The notes: a model not told the origin generated them from the sequence alone. A stretch of DNA of 64,000 bases from Spirochaetota bacterium (GCA_965205605.1 CBDBHE010000007.1:224001-288000), one strand, 5' to 3'. Counted from the first letter of the stretch, positions 1 through 10,395 are shown. Translations and numbers: made by a program.

Positions 1-91
1 AAAACATTGGCTTCCTCAATATCTATTTTCACTTCTTATTTTACCAACACTAAATTGAGTAGAGTGATAAGAGGGTTGCCGACATATTTTT

Positions 92-901
92 ATGAAGACA
101 AAAAATCTATTTTTTTTATTTTTTTCTTTAAGCCTTTTTTGTGAAAAGGTAGCAGCAGATATTGATCGTGAAGAGATATCTTATTCTTTTAATTGGCAGA
201 GAAATGAAGTTAAACTAGGAAAAGTAATCAAAGTAAACATTCCATTGGCACCGATATTAATAGGGGGATTTATTGAGCTTAGAAATGTCAAAGATAATGC
301 TTTTAATAAAAGTATTTACCCATTTCACAATTGGAGAGGTTTTTTTGATTTTTCGTTTTTAATTTATGAAAAAGAAGACTTTAATTTTAGTATTGGCTAT
401 GAGCACGAAAGTTCTCATTCAACAGGTGGTATTATTTACAAGCATCTTTATGATGGAAAATACCGAACTACTAATTTGAATGGTTTTTATTGTCGCTTAG
501 GGTTTAATTTTTTAAATCTCAAGCTCATTAGTTCGGTCATTTATTACATGCAAGGATCAAATCGTCCTGAAATTCAAAATTTATATGTCAAAGATGATGG
601 CCTCGAAGCAGATATTGGTTTTGATTGGAAAAAAAACAATTGGTTGTTAAGTACTTTTTACCGACAAATCTTTAATTCAAAACCTTATTATATTGCCGAA
701 ATCATCGAACGTGAAACCCTTATAACAAGAACCATAGACGATCTATCAGCATTTAATGCCACTTTCACTTTGTCAATAAGAGCTGGCTATGAGATAAAAA
801 ATTATGGTTTTTATTTAAAATATATCATTGGAAACCCAAAAGGTTTTTATGATTCTAGAGAAATTGATAATAAATTGTTTTTTGAGATCATCTTTTTTTA
901 A
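92..901 (+). CDS. Hypothetical exported protein, probable outer-membrane beta-barrel
   Basis: Signal peptide (MKTKNLFFLFFSLSLFCEKVAA), aromatic-rich amphipathic strands and a C-terminal Phe (LFFEIIFF). Confidence 0.55.
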   Translation: MKTKNLFFLFFSLSLFCEKVAADIDREEISYSFNWQRNEVKLGKVIKVNIPLAPILIGGFIELRNVKDNAFNKSIYPFHNWRGFFDFSFLIYEKEDFNFSIGYEHESSHSTGGIIYKHLYDGKYRTTNLNGFYCRLGFNFLNLKLISSVIYYMQGSNRPEIQNLYVKDDGLEADIGFDWKKNNWLLSTFYRQIFNSKPYYIAEIIERETLITRTIDDLSAFNATFTLSIRAGYEIKNYGFYLKYIIGNPKGFYDSREIDNKLFFEIIFF

Positions 902-904
902 AAT

Positions 905-1173
905 ATTAATTTACATTCCCCCATGACCGATGAAAACAGTATTTTCAACACACACCCCTTCGCCTATAAAAGAATGCAAAGAAAAAAAAATCCAAAAATA
1001 TTTGACAACGTTATCCACCATTATATTTTTTGAATCTCTACAAAACTATCAATCTTACTCTCATCCCCAATAGAGCATCCATAAAGATTAATAAAATGAT
1101 AACCTTTAACATTTTTTCCAAAATTAACATTATTAATTATGACTGTGGGATTTTCTTCATTTAACAAATCCAT
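905..1173 (-). pseudogene. Degraded hexapeptide-repeat sugar N-acetyltransferase (WbpD/FdtC-like)
   Basis: Manual translation gives MDLLNEENPTVIINNVNFGKNVKGYHFINLYGCSIGDESKIDSFVEIQK, then after frameshifts RCQI and HSFIGEGVCVENTVFIGHGGM*. This matches the family pattern NLYGC.IGD..KI..FVEIQK...C.I..HSFI.EGV......FIGHG. The C-terminus is missing. Confidence 0.8.
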
Positions 1174-1276
1174 TTAAAATTCTTTGATATAAATTCAAAC
1201 ATTTCAAAGTAATATATAAGACAACCAACTCAATTAGCAAATTAAAGCTTAAAAATTATTTCAAATCATTATTTAA

Positions 1277-2374
1277 TTGAAAATGTCAGTGGTGGGAATC
1301 GATGGATATGGGTTTTTTCAAGTCTCTGGCACCGGCGTGCTTCTTAGGCATTTGACCCAATATTTCAGTCAAAACTCGACTCAACACAAGTACATGCTTT
1401 TAGTTCCTAAAAGAAATCAAAAAACCATCCCTGATTACCAAGATTACCTTAGTAATTCGTGCCAATTAAAGCTCATCGGCAGTCATCAAGAAACATACAA
1501 AGATTGGCTAAAGCTTTTATGTCAAAGAATTAAACCTTTAAAAATTGATCTTCTTTTTTTCCCTTCAAAATCAATCCCAAAAAATGTGACCCTTCCTTTT
1601 GTTTGTATCATCCATGACCTGATGCACCTTCATCTTAAAGAATTTTACTTTCGATTTACCTTAAAAAAAACCATTAATCAATCCCTAAAAATAGCTCAAA
1701 AAGCCCATTATATCGTAACCGTTTCTAACTTTTCAAAACAAGATATCATCCATAAAACAAACCTCCCCCCTGAAAAAATAAAAGTCATTTACAATGGGAT
1801 TTCTTCTTTTAAAACAAAAAAAACTAATAAGTTCACCAACATAAAAAAAAAATACATTCTGTATGTGGGGGACTTGCGTCAAAGAAAAAATGTCTTAACT
1901 CTGGCTAAAGCTTATTTAAATCTTCCAGACTATTTAAAAAATGAATACCATTTTGTGATGACAGGAGTTGGGAAAAAAGCTCATAAAATTAAAAATTGGT
2001 TTGTAAAAAAAGACTTAGAAAATCACCTTCATTTAGTCGGTGTTTTAGAAGATCATGCCCTTAGAGAGCTTTACAAAAAAGCTAGCTTATTTGTTTTCCC
2101 TTCACTTTTTGAAGGCTTTGGATTACCGATTGTTGAAGCTCAAAGTTTTGGAATCCCTGTGATTTGTGGCAAACACTCTTCACTTCAAGAAATAGGGGCA
2201 GAAAGTGTTTTTTGGGCCGATATAAAATCAACAAAAGCCCTCTCAAAAGCGATGAAGTCTGTTTTAGATGATCGTAATTTACAAAAAAAATTAAAAAAAA
2301 TAGGACTAAAAAATAGCCACCGATTTAGCTGGAAACAATCCGCCAAAAAATATGAAGCCCTTTTTAAACTTTAA
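1277..2374 (+). CDS. Glycosyltransferase family 4 (GT-B; MtfB/WbaZ-like)
   Basis: Motifs IHDL, VS.FSK.DI, YVG....RKN and FPSLFEGFGLPIVEAQSFGIPVI. Alternative ATG start at 1283. Confidence 0.9.
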   Translation: MKMSVVGIDGYGFFQVSGTGVLLRHLTQYFSQNSTQHKYMLLVPKRNQKTIPDYQDYLSNSCQLKLIGSHQETYKDWLKLLCQRIKPLKIDLLFFPSKSIPKNVTLPFVCIIHDLMHLHLKEFYFRFTLKKTINQSLKIAQKAHYIVTVSNFSKQDIIHKTNLPPEKIKVIYNGISSFKTKKTNKFTNIKKKYILYVGDLRQRKNVLTLAKAYLNLPDYLKNEYHFVMTGVGKKAHKIKNWFVKKDLENHLHLVGVLEDHALRELYKKASLFVFPSLFEGFGLPIVEAQSFGIPVICGKHSSLQEIGAESVFWADIKSTKALSKAMKSVLDDRNLQKKLKKIGLKNSHRFSWKQSAKKYEALFKL

Positions 2375-2544
2375 AACCATGTTAATGCTTAAAGTCTCTA
2401 AAAATAAAAAATTATCTTTAAAAACCGCTTCTTTTTTCCCTTTTCTTTAGCCATATTTCTTTTTATGTATCATCCTTATTTTTAAAAAATTGCTGCTATC
2501 ATAATGATTGATAAATATTAAAATATCAAACTTACAAAGATGCG

Positions 2545-3015
2545 TCATTCTAAATTAAAATTTTGATCTAAAAGAAAAATTTTACTAACAAAGCGATTGC
2601 CATCAATAAAAGAAAAATTGACTTGTGTCACTGTAAAATTACTCAATGTGTTGAAATCCGAGCCCATCAGACGATAGATAGATATTTCTTGATCTTTTTT
2701 AATATCATTTAAATCACCTCGAACAATATGTTCATTCCCTATCAAACTAAAAAAAAGAACTAAACCCTCAGTCGTAAAAGATAAATCTCGTAGATCTCTG
2801 TTTATTTTTACTTTAATTCTGTGAGTACAAGATTTAACAGCCTGAAAATTACTAACCATAAAATTACCGACTTCAGCCTCTCCGATTTCGATAAAATCAC
2901 TTAAATTAGGGTCGGATTCTGCTATTTCACTAGAATCAGGTTCCGTCATTTCCATACAAGATATTAAAATCAATAAGCTTATCATCAAAAAAAAAAATTT
3001 CATTCTATTCTCCAT
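2545..3015 (-). CDS. Hypothetical lipoprotein
   Basis: Lipobox-like signal (MKFFFLMISLLILISC). No domain recognised. Confidence 0.6.
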   Translation of the reverse strand: MENRMKFFFLMISLLILISCMEMTEPDSSEIAESDPNLSDFIEIGEAEVGNFMVSNFQAVKSCTHRIKVKINRDLRDLSFTTEGLVLFFSLIGNEHIVRGDLNDIKKDQEISIYRLMGSDFNTLSNFTVTQVNFSFIDGNRFVSKIFLLDQNFNLE

Positions 3016-3487
3016 TTAATTGAAATGATTGGTTTAACGATCCCCCAACATTTAAGGTTGTAGGAAGACATTAAAACCTTTTATGGTAATCCACTTCGTT
3101 TCTTATCAAAGTGTTATTTCACCATCAGCCAAACTCTTAAAATTTTGTGTTTTTTTTCCTACCATGATTCCTAATCATAGTAGAAATTAGATAAGTGTGT
3201 TGTCTAATTATAAAGACCTATTAAAATGTCAAACTTACAAAGAAAGGTCAAGTCATTCATAAACTAAAACTTTGGCTTTAAAGGAAACATTAAAAACTGA
3301 GGCATTCTTTACAAATTAAATAAAATCGCTTCAAAAAACACTCGCCTATTTAAAACAACTTTCATTTGCTCCCATTTGTTTCCTAGGGGAATCTTTTATA
3401 AAAAAATAACGGAATCTTTAAAATAATGCTCACTGAGAAAATGTTTGTAAAAAGAAATTTGATTTTTAAACGATCAATTCATATTTT

Positions 3488-4198
3488 TTATTTCTTGATT
3501 ATTTTCACATAAATATGGATGTAATAATCTAAAAAAAATGCTTTTCTTTTTCTAAAAAATACTTTCAAAAAAAGTTTATCTAAAAAAAAAGAGACTATCC
3601 ATATGAAAAAAACGATTAATTTCAATTTGAAAAAACGACTATAAATATTTGCCGCCACAACAAAAGGACCAAAACCAAGATTACAAATCTCAAAGTCACA
3701 CTTTTTTTCATTCAATAGTTTAATAAATGCTTCGTGACTAATTCTAAAATAATCGTTAGGAGCTCCATGAAATTGATGAGTAAAAGGAATGATGATGTGA
3801 ATATTCGTATCCTTTTTTGCAATACGTAAACACTCATCAATAAATTGGTTATAATTGAAAATATGCTCTAAAACATTGAAAGCAAGCACCGTATCATAAT
3901 GATCATCCTTCAAAAGAAATTTATCTTCGAGATTCATATTAACAACATTTTTGCCTTTTGAATAAAAATCACAAAATGTTTTTTTTGTTGCCGCATTCTT
4001 TATGAATGGATAATAACTTTTTTTTGAAGACCCACTACCAAGATCAATCGCATTACCAACCATTGTGATATTTTTTTTAATAAATAAATTTTGAATCACC
4101 CTCCCAACAGACCTACCTTTAAAACATTCCTTAAAGTAAACGAATAGATATTTTAAGATACTAGGATTGTAATAAGAGACTTTTGGTTTAATTTGCAT
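3488..4198 (-). CDS. Class I SAM-dependent methyltransferase (polysaccharide-locus type)
   Basis: IDLGSG motif I, YDTVLAFNVLEHI and PF...HGAPNDYFR. Confidence 0.85.
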   Translation of the reverse strand: MQIKPKVSYYNPSILKYLFVYFKECFKGRSVGRVIQNLFIKKNITMVGNAIDLGSGSSKKSYYPFIKNAATKKTFCDFYSKGKNVVNMNLEDKFLLKDDHYDTVLAFNVLEHIFNYNQFIDECLRIAKKDTNIHIIIPFTHQFHGAPNDYFRISHEAFIKLLNEKKCDFEICNLGFGPFVVAANIYSRFFKLKLIVFFIWIVSFFLDKLFLKVFFRKRKAFFLDYYIHIYVKIIKK

Positions 4199-4347
4199 GA
4201 TTTCTTTTAATCATCAAGTCAATTTAAAAAAAATGAAACCCATTTTTAAAAATAAATTGACTCTTTAATAAAAGAATTAATGATGTTTATTTTCATGCTA
4301 AAATATTTTTCTTTTTTTGAAGGAAGACGAAAGGAGAAAAATCTATT

Positions 4348-5250
4348 TTGAAAAAAAAATTTATCATTACCATAAGCTTTTATTTTTTGATCATAGTGGC
4401 TTGTAGTAAAGACAGGGCTGAAAACAATAAAAAAATTATTTTAGTGAGCATTCCCCCACTAAAAAATTTTGTTGAAAAAATAGCTGAAAACCATTTTGAA
4501 GTCCAAGTGATGATCCCAAAAGGATATGACCCTGTGACATATGATCCTTCTCCTAAAAAATTGATAACGATAAAAAAAGCTAGCCTTTATTTTCAAATCG
4601 GCTTACCTGCTGAAAAAAGATGGACTTTTAAAATCAAACAAGAGTACCCAACTCTAAAAATCATCGACCTAAAAAAAAATATTGCCTTAAGAAAAATGAA
4701 TCAACGCTTCATCAAAAAAACAACTCAAACTCAAAACCTCTCCCACACACACAACCACAATTCCTACGATCCTCACATTTGGCTCAGTCCCACCATCGCA
4801 GGGCATTTAACAAAAACCATTTACAACCACCTTTGTGAAATACATCCAGAAAATCAACAAATCTATCATGCAAATCTAAACCGTTTTTTAGAAGCTTTAG
4901 AACAATCAAAAAAAGAAATTCGATCAAAATTAAAAGCTGCTCACCTCAAAGAAATCATTGTCTTTCATCCTTCTTGGGGATATTTTGCAGATGAGTTTAA
5001 CTTTAAACAAATTGCTATCCAAGCAGATGATAAAAACCCATCTGCAAAAAACTTAATTTTTGTTTTGGATTTGATTGCCAATAAAGGAATTAAAACTATT
5101 TTTACCCAAAAACAATTTGATCAAAGATTTGCAAAAACAATTGCTAAAGAAATCAAAGTGAAAATAATGATTTTAGACCCTTTAGCCGAAGATTACACTC
5201 AAAATCTCTTGAAAGCAACTCTTGCCTTTACAAAAAGTAAAAAAAATTAA
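4348..5250 (+). CDS. znuA: Zn/Mn ABC transporter substrate-binding lipoprotein
   Basis: Lipobox IVAC, His-rich loop HTHNHNSYDPHIWLSP, and VFHPSWGYFA. Confidence 0.9.
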   Translation: MKKKFIITISFYFLIIVACSKDRAENNKKIILVSIPPLKNFVEKIAENHFEVQVMIPKGYDPVTYDPSPKKLITIKKASLYFQIGLPAEKRWTFKIKQEYPTLKIIDLKKNIALRKMNQRFIKKTTQTQNLSHTHNHNSYDPHIWLSPTIAGHLTKTIYNHLCEIHPENQQIYHANLNRFLEALEQSKKEIRSKLKAAHLKEIIVFHPSWGYFADEFNFKQIAIQADDKNPSAKNLIFVLDLIANKGIKTIFTQKQFDQRFAKTIAKEIKVKIMILDPLAEDYTQNLLKATLAFTKSKKN

Positions 5251-5319
5251 CTGGCTTATTTTAAAGTAATTTTAAATTTACTTAAAATGATAAGACAATA
5301 AGTGAGTGGCCCTTAAAAA

Positions 5320-6076
5320 ATGACGTCAAAAAAAAAAACAATCCATTATTTTTTGCAAAAATCTCTCTTTTGCTTATATCAAGAAAAACGTTATTTTAAA
5401 AGATATCAACTTAAATATTTTAAAAAACGAATTGATTGCTATCATTGGGCCCAATGGAGGGGGCAAAACAACGTTTCTCAAACTTATTTGCGGCCTTTTG
5501 CAACCTCAAAAAGGAGAGCTTCTAATTTTTGGAGAAAAACCAAATCATCAAAATTATACCTCTAAAACCATGAGTTATGTGCCTCAAAATATTGCTAAAA
5601 AATCTCAAATCCCCCTTACTGTCCAAGAAATTGTCTTATCTGGCTTATTAAAAAAATCTTCCCTATTTCCAGGATACACCAAAAAAGAAAAAGAAAAAGC
5701 CAAAAATATTTTAGGAGAAATGAATCTTTTAAATGAAAGTAAAAAGCCTTTTAACGATCTTTCTTTAGGTTTGGCAGAATGTGTTTTAACTGCCAGGGCT
5801 CTCGTCAGTGAGCCTAATTTACTGCTTTTAGACGAGCCTACTTCTTATGTCGATATTAAAAGAAGCCAAAAAATTTTAGATTTATTAAAAAAAAAAAGTC
5901 AAAAAACAGCTATTTTAATGGTTTGCCATGATATGAGTTTTGTTTCTGCTTATGTGACAAAAGTACTTTGTATCAATGAGAGTGTTTCATTTCATAAAAC
6001 AGAGCGAATCACAGAAAAAATAAAAAAAGATTTGTACCAACCTAAAGTAAAAATAGTAAAGCATCGTTGTCAGTAA
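5320..6076 (+). CDS. znuC: Zn ABC transporter ATPase; the ATG at 5320 is out of frame by +1 in an A11 run
   Basis: Walker A GPNGGGKT and LLLLDEPT. The canonical N-terminus (QSIIFCKNLSFAYIKKNVILKDINL) lies upstream of 5432 in the same frame and joins ATG 5320 if one A is removed from 5328-5338. Confidence 0.85.
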
Positions 6077-6098
6077 AAAAATTGTTTTAAAAAAAAAG

Positions 6099-6920
6099 AT
6101 GAGTTTTTTAGAAGTATTATTTCATTATTCGTGGTTTCAATATGCTTTTATAGCAGGGGTTTTATCGAGTGTCGCTAGTGGGATCACAGGACCACTTGTG
6201 ATTTCAAACCGGCTTTCATATTTAAGCGGAGGAATGGCTCATGGGGTCTTAGGAGGAATGGGGATCGCTCATTTTTTTAATCTCTCTCCTTTATTAGGCG
6301 GGGGAGTGTTTGCTTGCTTAATGGCATTTTTGATGAGCATCATGAAAACTCACTTTAAAGAAAATGAAGATGTTCTCATTAGTGCTTTTTGGACGATGGG
6401 GATGAGTATTGGGCTTATCTTTATTTTTCTAACCCCTGGCTATCAAGTCAATCTTTTTTCTTTTTTATTTGGAAATATTTTGATCATTTCAAAAAACACT
6501 TTAATGTTACTTGGGATTTTAGATATTGTTATCTTATCAGTTTTGATTATTTTTTATAGGCAAATTATGCTAGTTTCTTTTGATCAAGACTTTGCTTTAG
6601 TACGAGGGATTAGGAGTCATTTGATTTATTTACTCATCCTTTTAATGATCTCTCTTACCATTATAACACTTGTTTTTTCAGTAGGGCTTATTCTTGTGAT
6701 TGCCTTGATGACAATACCGGCTTCTATTTCAAAACTAGTCGTTAATAATTTTTTTAAAATGATGCTGTGTTCATTTACCATTACTTTAGTAACAACGATT
6801 TTAGGGTTTTTATTTTCGTATCAATACAATTTGCCCACCGGAGCAACGATTGTTTTAATTTTATCGTTTTTATATTTTTTGTCTTTTTTTATCTTAAGAA
6901 AAAAACTAAAAAGATTTTAA
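6099..6920 (+). CDS. znuB: Zn ABC transporter permease
   Basis: Hydrophobic protein with HGVLGG, LFSFLFGNIL and GLILVIALMTIPA; third gene of the operon. Confidence 0.9.
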   Translation: MSFLEVLFHYSWFQYAFIAGVLSSVASGITGPLVISNRLSYLSGGMAHGVLGGMGIAHFFNLSPLLGGGVFACLMAFLMSIMKTHFKENEDVLISAFWTMGMSIGLIFIFLTPGYQVNLFSFLFGNILIISKNTLMLLGILDIVILSVLIIFYRQIMLVSFDQDFALVRGIRSHLIYLLILLMISLTIITLVFSVGLILVIALMTIPASISKLVVNNFFKMMLCSFTITLVTTILGFLFSYQYNLPTGATIVLILSFLYFLSFFILRKKLKRF

Positions 6921-7264
6921 ATTCTATCAAGATCGGCTTTTTTCTTGCTTGCCCTTCTTTTATGCTTCTTGTATAAAATAACGACCCATTTCGATAAGTT
7001 TCTTTTTAAAATGACTGGCTTTTACTTTGATCATAAACTCCTATTTTTGAAATCAAAACAAACACACTCAAATTAAATGAATCCTCAAAGTTTTTTTTAA
7101 CAATAACAAGCGTGTATTGCTTTTTGTTTTCAGTGTCCCTCCCAATACAATAGTGCCGCTAATAACATGGCCTACTAAATGGTGTCATGCCACGATGTCC
7201 AAACAAAAAATCGTTTTCTTTAATCATTCACAGAAAAATATAAAGATAAATCCTTATATTCGTT

Positions 7265-7594
7265 TTATTTTTTAGGAGACCTTTCAATAGAAACCACATC
7301 AAACCCATTGCCTTTAATTAGCTTATTAATTTTTTTATCAGAAAGCTTTTTGTTAGCTTTCAAGAAAATTTTAACAAAACTCTTTTTAAAATCGACATTA
7401 ATAGAATCTACCGCTTTTTGTTTTTTAAAAGTTTTATTAAGTCCTGTTGCACAAAAATCACAAACCAACCCCTTAACATAAGTCGTAATAACTTCTCCTT
7501 TTTGTTGTTTATCGGCTTCTTTTGCTTGCAAAACAACTGACACAAACGCCATCAAAGATAGCGAAAAAATTAAAATAATTAATTTATTTTTCAT
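7265..7594 (-). CDS. Exported heavy-metal-associated (HMA) domain protein, MerP/CopZ-like
   Basis: Signal peptide plus VKGLVCDFCA (CxxC) HMA motif. AAGGAG RBS precedes ATG 7594. Confidence 0.85.
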   Translation of the reverse strand: MKNKLIILIFSLSLMAFVSVVLQAKEADKQQKGEVITTYVKGLVCDFCATGLNKTFKKQKAVDSINVDFKKSFVKIFLKANKKLSDKKINKLIKGNGFDVVSIERSPKK

Positions 7595-7622
7595 AAGTTT
7601 CTCCTTTATTTTAAAAAATTTT

Positions 7623-8261
7623 TTAAAAACGAACAATAAAATTAAAAACAGGGTCTCCCCGGTGGCTCACCCCTATTTCCCATAAATAATAACTAAAAAA
7701 CATCCTAATAATCGGTGTAAAAACAGGGTCATTTTTAAACGTATCATAACTAAACTCTACCATCAACCACGTGTGTAAAGACCCAAACTTAGCAACATAA
7801 GGCGCTATACCCAAACGAGCTTGTTGGTATAAAAAAAAAGAATCCACCGTTTCAATTGCTTCTCCTTCAATGTCATAACTCACAAAAAACCGCCTTGTTT
7901 CAAAGTCACCTGCAAAACTGACCGCTCCTTTTGGGGAATAAGCTGACTCAAAAATATCAGAAACAACCCCCACTTTTATTTTAGAATACATATTCATCTG
8001 AGAGTAAATCGTATTATACCTAAAAAGGAGTTGATTCCACTGAAACAAAAAGTGATAAAGGGCATCAAGTTCATTAGAAGCTTGAGGACTCCGTTCTACC
8101 ACTCCCCCTAAAGAAGTAAAAGCCGTCGGTGAATAATGAATATGTAAGCGATTTCTATCTTGATTATTCCACCCCATGAGCGTCCACCCATCAGGATAAG
8201 AAACAGCTCTAGACCATGCATGGACACAAATTAAAAATAAAAAAATGGCTAAAAATTTCAA
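7623..8261 (-). CDS. Conserved hypothetical exported protein, probable beta-barrel, linked to the HMA gene
   Basis: Signal peptide, R.VSYP.GWT...HYSPT motif and terminal FNFIVRF. Confidence 0.6.
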   Translation of the reverse strand: MKFLAIFLFLICVHAWSRAVSYPDGWTLMGWNNQDRNRLHIHYSPTAFTSLGGVVERSPQASNELDALYHFLFQWNQLLFRYNTIYSQMNMYSKIKVGVVSDIFESAYSPKGAVSFAGDFETRRFFVSYDIEGEAIETVDSFFLYQQARLGIAPYVAKFGSLHTWLMVEFSYDTFKNDPVFTPIIRMFFSYYLWEIGVSHRGDPVFNFIVRF

Positions 8262-8332
8262 TAATCAATAATCAATACTCTTATAGAAAAACAACTTGTT
8301 TTATCTTGCTATTAAAAACACTTCCCTTATCA

Positions 8333-8878
8333 TCAATACATTTTCCTAATCGCACAAACTTTATTTCGCTTTTGCGAGAAAAAAAACCCTTGATTCCAAT
8401 AACTAACCGCACTAAAAAGATGATTCCCATTTTTAAGCTCTTCTTCTTTATCTCCTTCTTTATCTTCTTCTTTATAAGCAAGATACTTTATCTTTAAATT
8501 CATTGGCGCTTTATCATCATGAAAAATTTTTTCTCGCTTACGATTAAATCGATTCCATTTTTCAATTCCTTGAAACCCCTCCCCTTCATCTTCAACAATA
8601 ATTTTAGCGAGTTTTTTTTCAAAAAGAAAGTAGATTTTTACTTTTTTTTCAAGAAAACAATCATTTCCATGAATAATAGCATTTTTAATAAGTTCAGTAA
8701 TTTGCTCTTCTAAAACCTTAATATCTTGATAATTTTCATCAAGTGCGTACTCCATCACATATTTTGCATATTCTCGTATCTTTTTATAATCACTGTTATA
8801 TTGAACAAATTGCATTTTTTCAATATTCCAACAAGGATCTTGATCATTTGCTAATAAAATAAAAATATTTTGTTTCAT
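8333..8878 (-). CDS. RsbW-like anti-sigma factor / serine kinase (HATPase_c)
   Basis: ELIKNAIIHGN N-box and VEDEGEGF G1 box. GAGG RBS before ATG 8878. Lies downstream of a PP2C phosphatase. Confidence 0.75.
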   Translation of the reverse strand: MKQNIFILLANDQDPCWNIEKMQFVQYNSDYKKIREYAKYVMEYALDENYQDIKVLEEQITELIKNAIIHGNDCFLEKKVKIYFLFEKKLAKIIVEDEGEGFQGIEKWNRFNRKREKIFHDDKAPMNLKIKYLAYKEEDKEGDKEEELKNGNHLFSAVSYWNQGFFFSQKRNKVCAIRKMY

Positions 8879-8906
8879 TTTTGACCTCTTGAATTTTTTA
8901 TATTGA

Positions 8907-10395
8907 TTACATTTTTTTAAGCACAATAATTGTTTGATCGTCAGTTCTTTCACTATTCCCTCTAAATATTTCTAGGTCTGAAAAAAGTTTTTCTGTAAAA
9001 ACAGAAGGCTCAAGCTTTGCATTTTGAGAACAAAACATAAGTAATTTTTCATAACTATAAAACTCTTTTTTTTGATTTCTCTCTTCATGCAAACCATCTG
9101 TGTAATAAATCATTAATTGATTATCATTAATTTTTTTTTTGGAAGTCCCGTAAATGACTTCTTCATCAATACCTACTAAAGGACTAATATCCTCTTCTTC
9201 AGTCATATTAACAATTTTTTTTGTTTTTGCATCCACTAAAATTGGCGAAGGGTGTCCCCCACTGATGGTTTCGACCTCCATTTTTTCTAAATCAATCACA
9301 CTATAAGCCATTGTAAAATAAAACCCTGTTCCTTGAAACATCGAATAAAAGCCTCTATTAATTTTGTCAACAAAAACAACCGGTTTATCTAAAAAATTTT
9401 TAAAACTATTAAACCAAAATTTAAGTAAAAGAGACACTAATCCCGCTGCCACCCCATGCCCTGATATATCCGCTAAAGCCACTACCACTTTCTTTTTATT
9501 AATAGGTATCACTTCCCAGTAATCCGCTCCAATTTCAAAACTAGGTCTTGACTTAATAGAAGCATTAAAGTTTAAAATTTGCATATTTTTATTACTTACC
9601 ATCAATTTTTCTCTGATGTTTTTAATCAAATTAATTTCATGCTTAAGCTTTTCTCTAAAAGTATTAAGAGTTTTATTTTGCTTATAAATATTACTCAACA
9701 ACACAATAATCAACACCACCACCAAAAGATTGGCCAGTCGCAAAACCATTGTAATATAACTAAATCGAGCTGATATGGTATTAAAATCTTCATTAATATC
9801 ATAACTACTTTTCATCAAGTCCCCCCGGTAAAGCTGAGTGACTTGAAAGATTTTAGAAAAAGCCAAATTCTCTTCTTGCCTTAGTTTCGAAATAAAAAAG
9901 ATGTTTGGCCTTTCAAATAATTTTTTTTCATTATAATCCAGTGTTTTATCAATGACTTTTTTATACTCAAGCCATCTCATCAAAAGATCTTCTTGAACCT
10001 TTATTAACACTTTTTTATCATCCCCTTCTATAAAAATCTCCAAACTGTAAAACTAAAGAATCAATTTGCTCTTTAACGAATTTAATCACACCGGCACTTG
10101 TCTTTCTTTTTTCAAAATCCTTTATAGCACCAATATCTAAAAAGTCTTTAGATAGTAAAGATCGCACAAATTGTACTTTTTCAACCACCAAATCAAAATA
10201 CCAAGTCGGCCTCACAACATTTTTTTGAAAATTATTAACAATCTCCTGAGATTGCCTAAAAGAAGAAATAGAATAAAAATAAGCTAAAAAAATAATTAAA
10301 ATGGCAAAAATAGAAATAAAAACAATTAAAAGAGCATTTTTATTTGGTTTTTTTTTTAAAATATTTAAATTAAATATTTTTTTTATTTTTTTTTT

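Noticed and set aside
8216-8713. Short overlapping ORFs (8216..8497, 8281..8481, 8519..8713) and the many similar 60-120 aa antisense or alternative-frame ORFs throughout the window
   Set aside because: They are shadows of well-supported genes, with low-complexity F/K/I-rich translations and no motifs.
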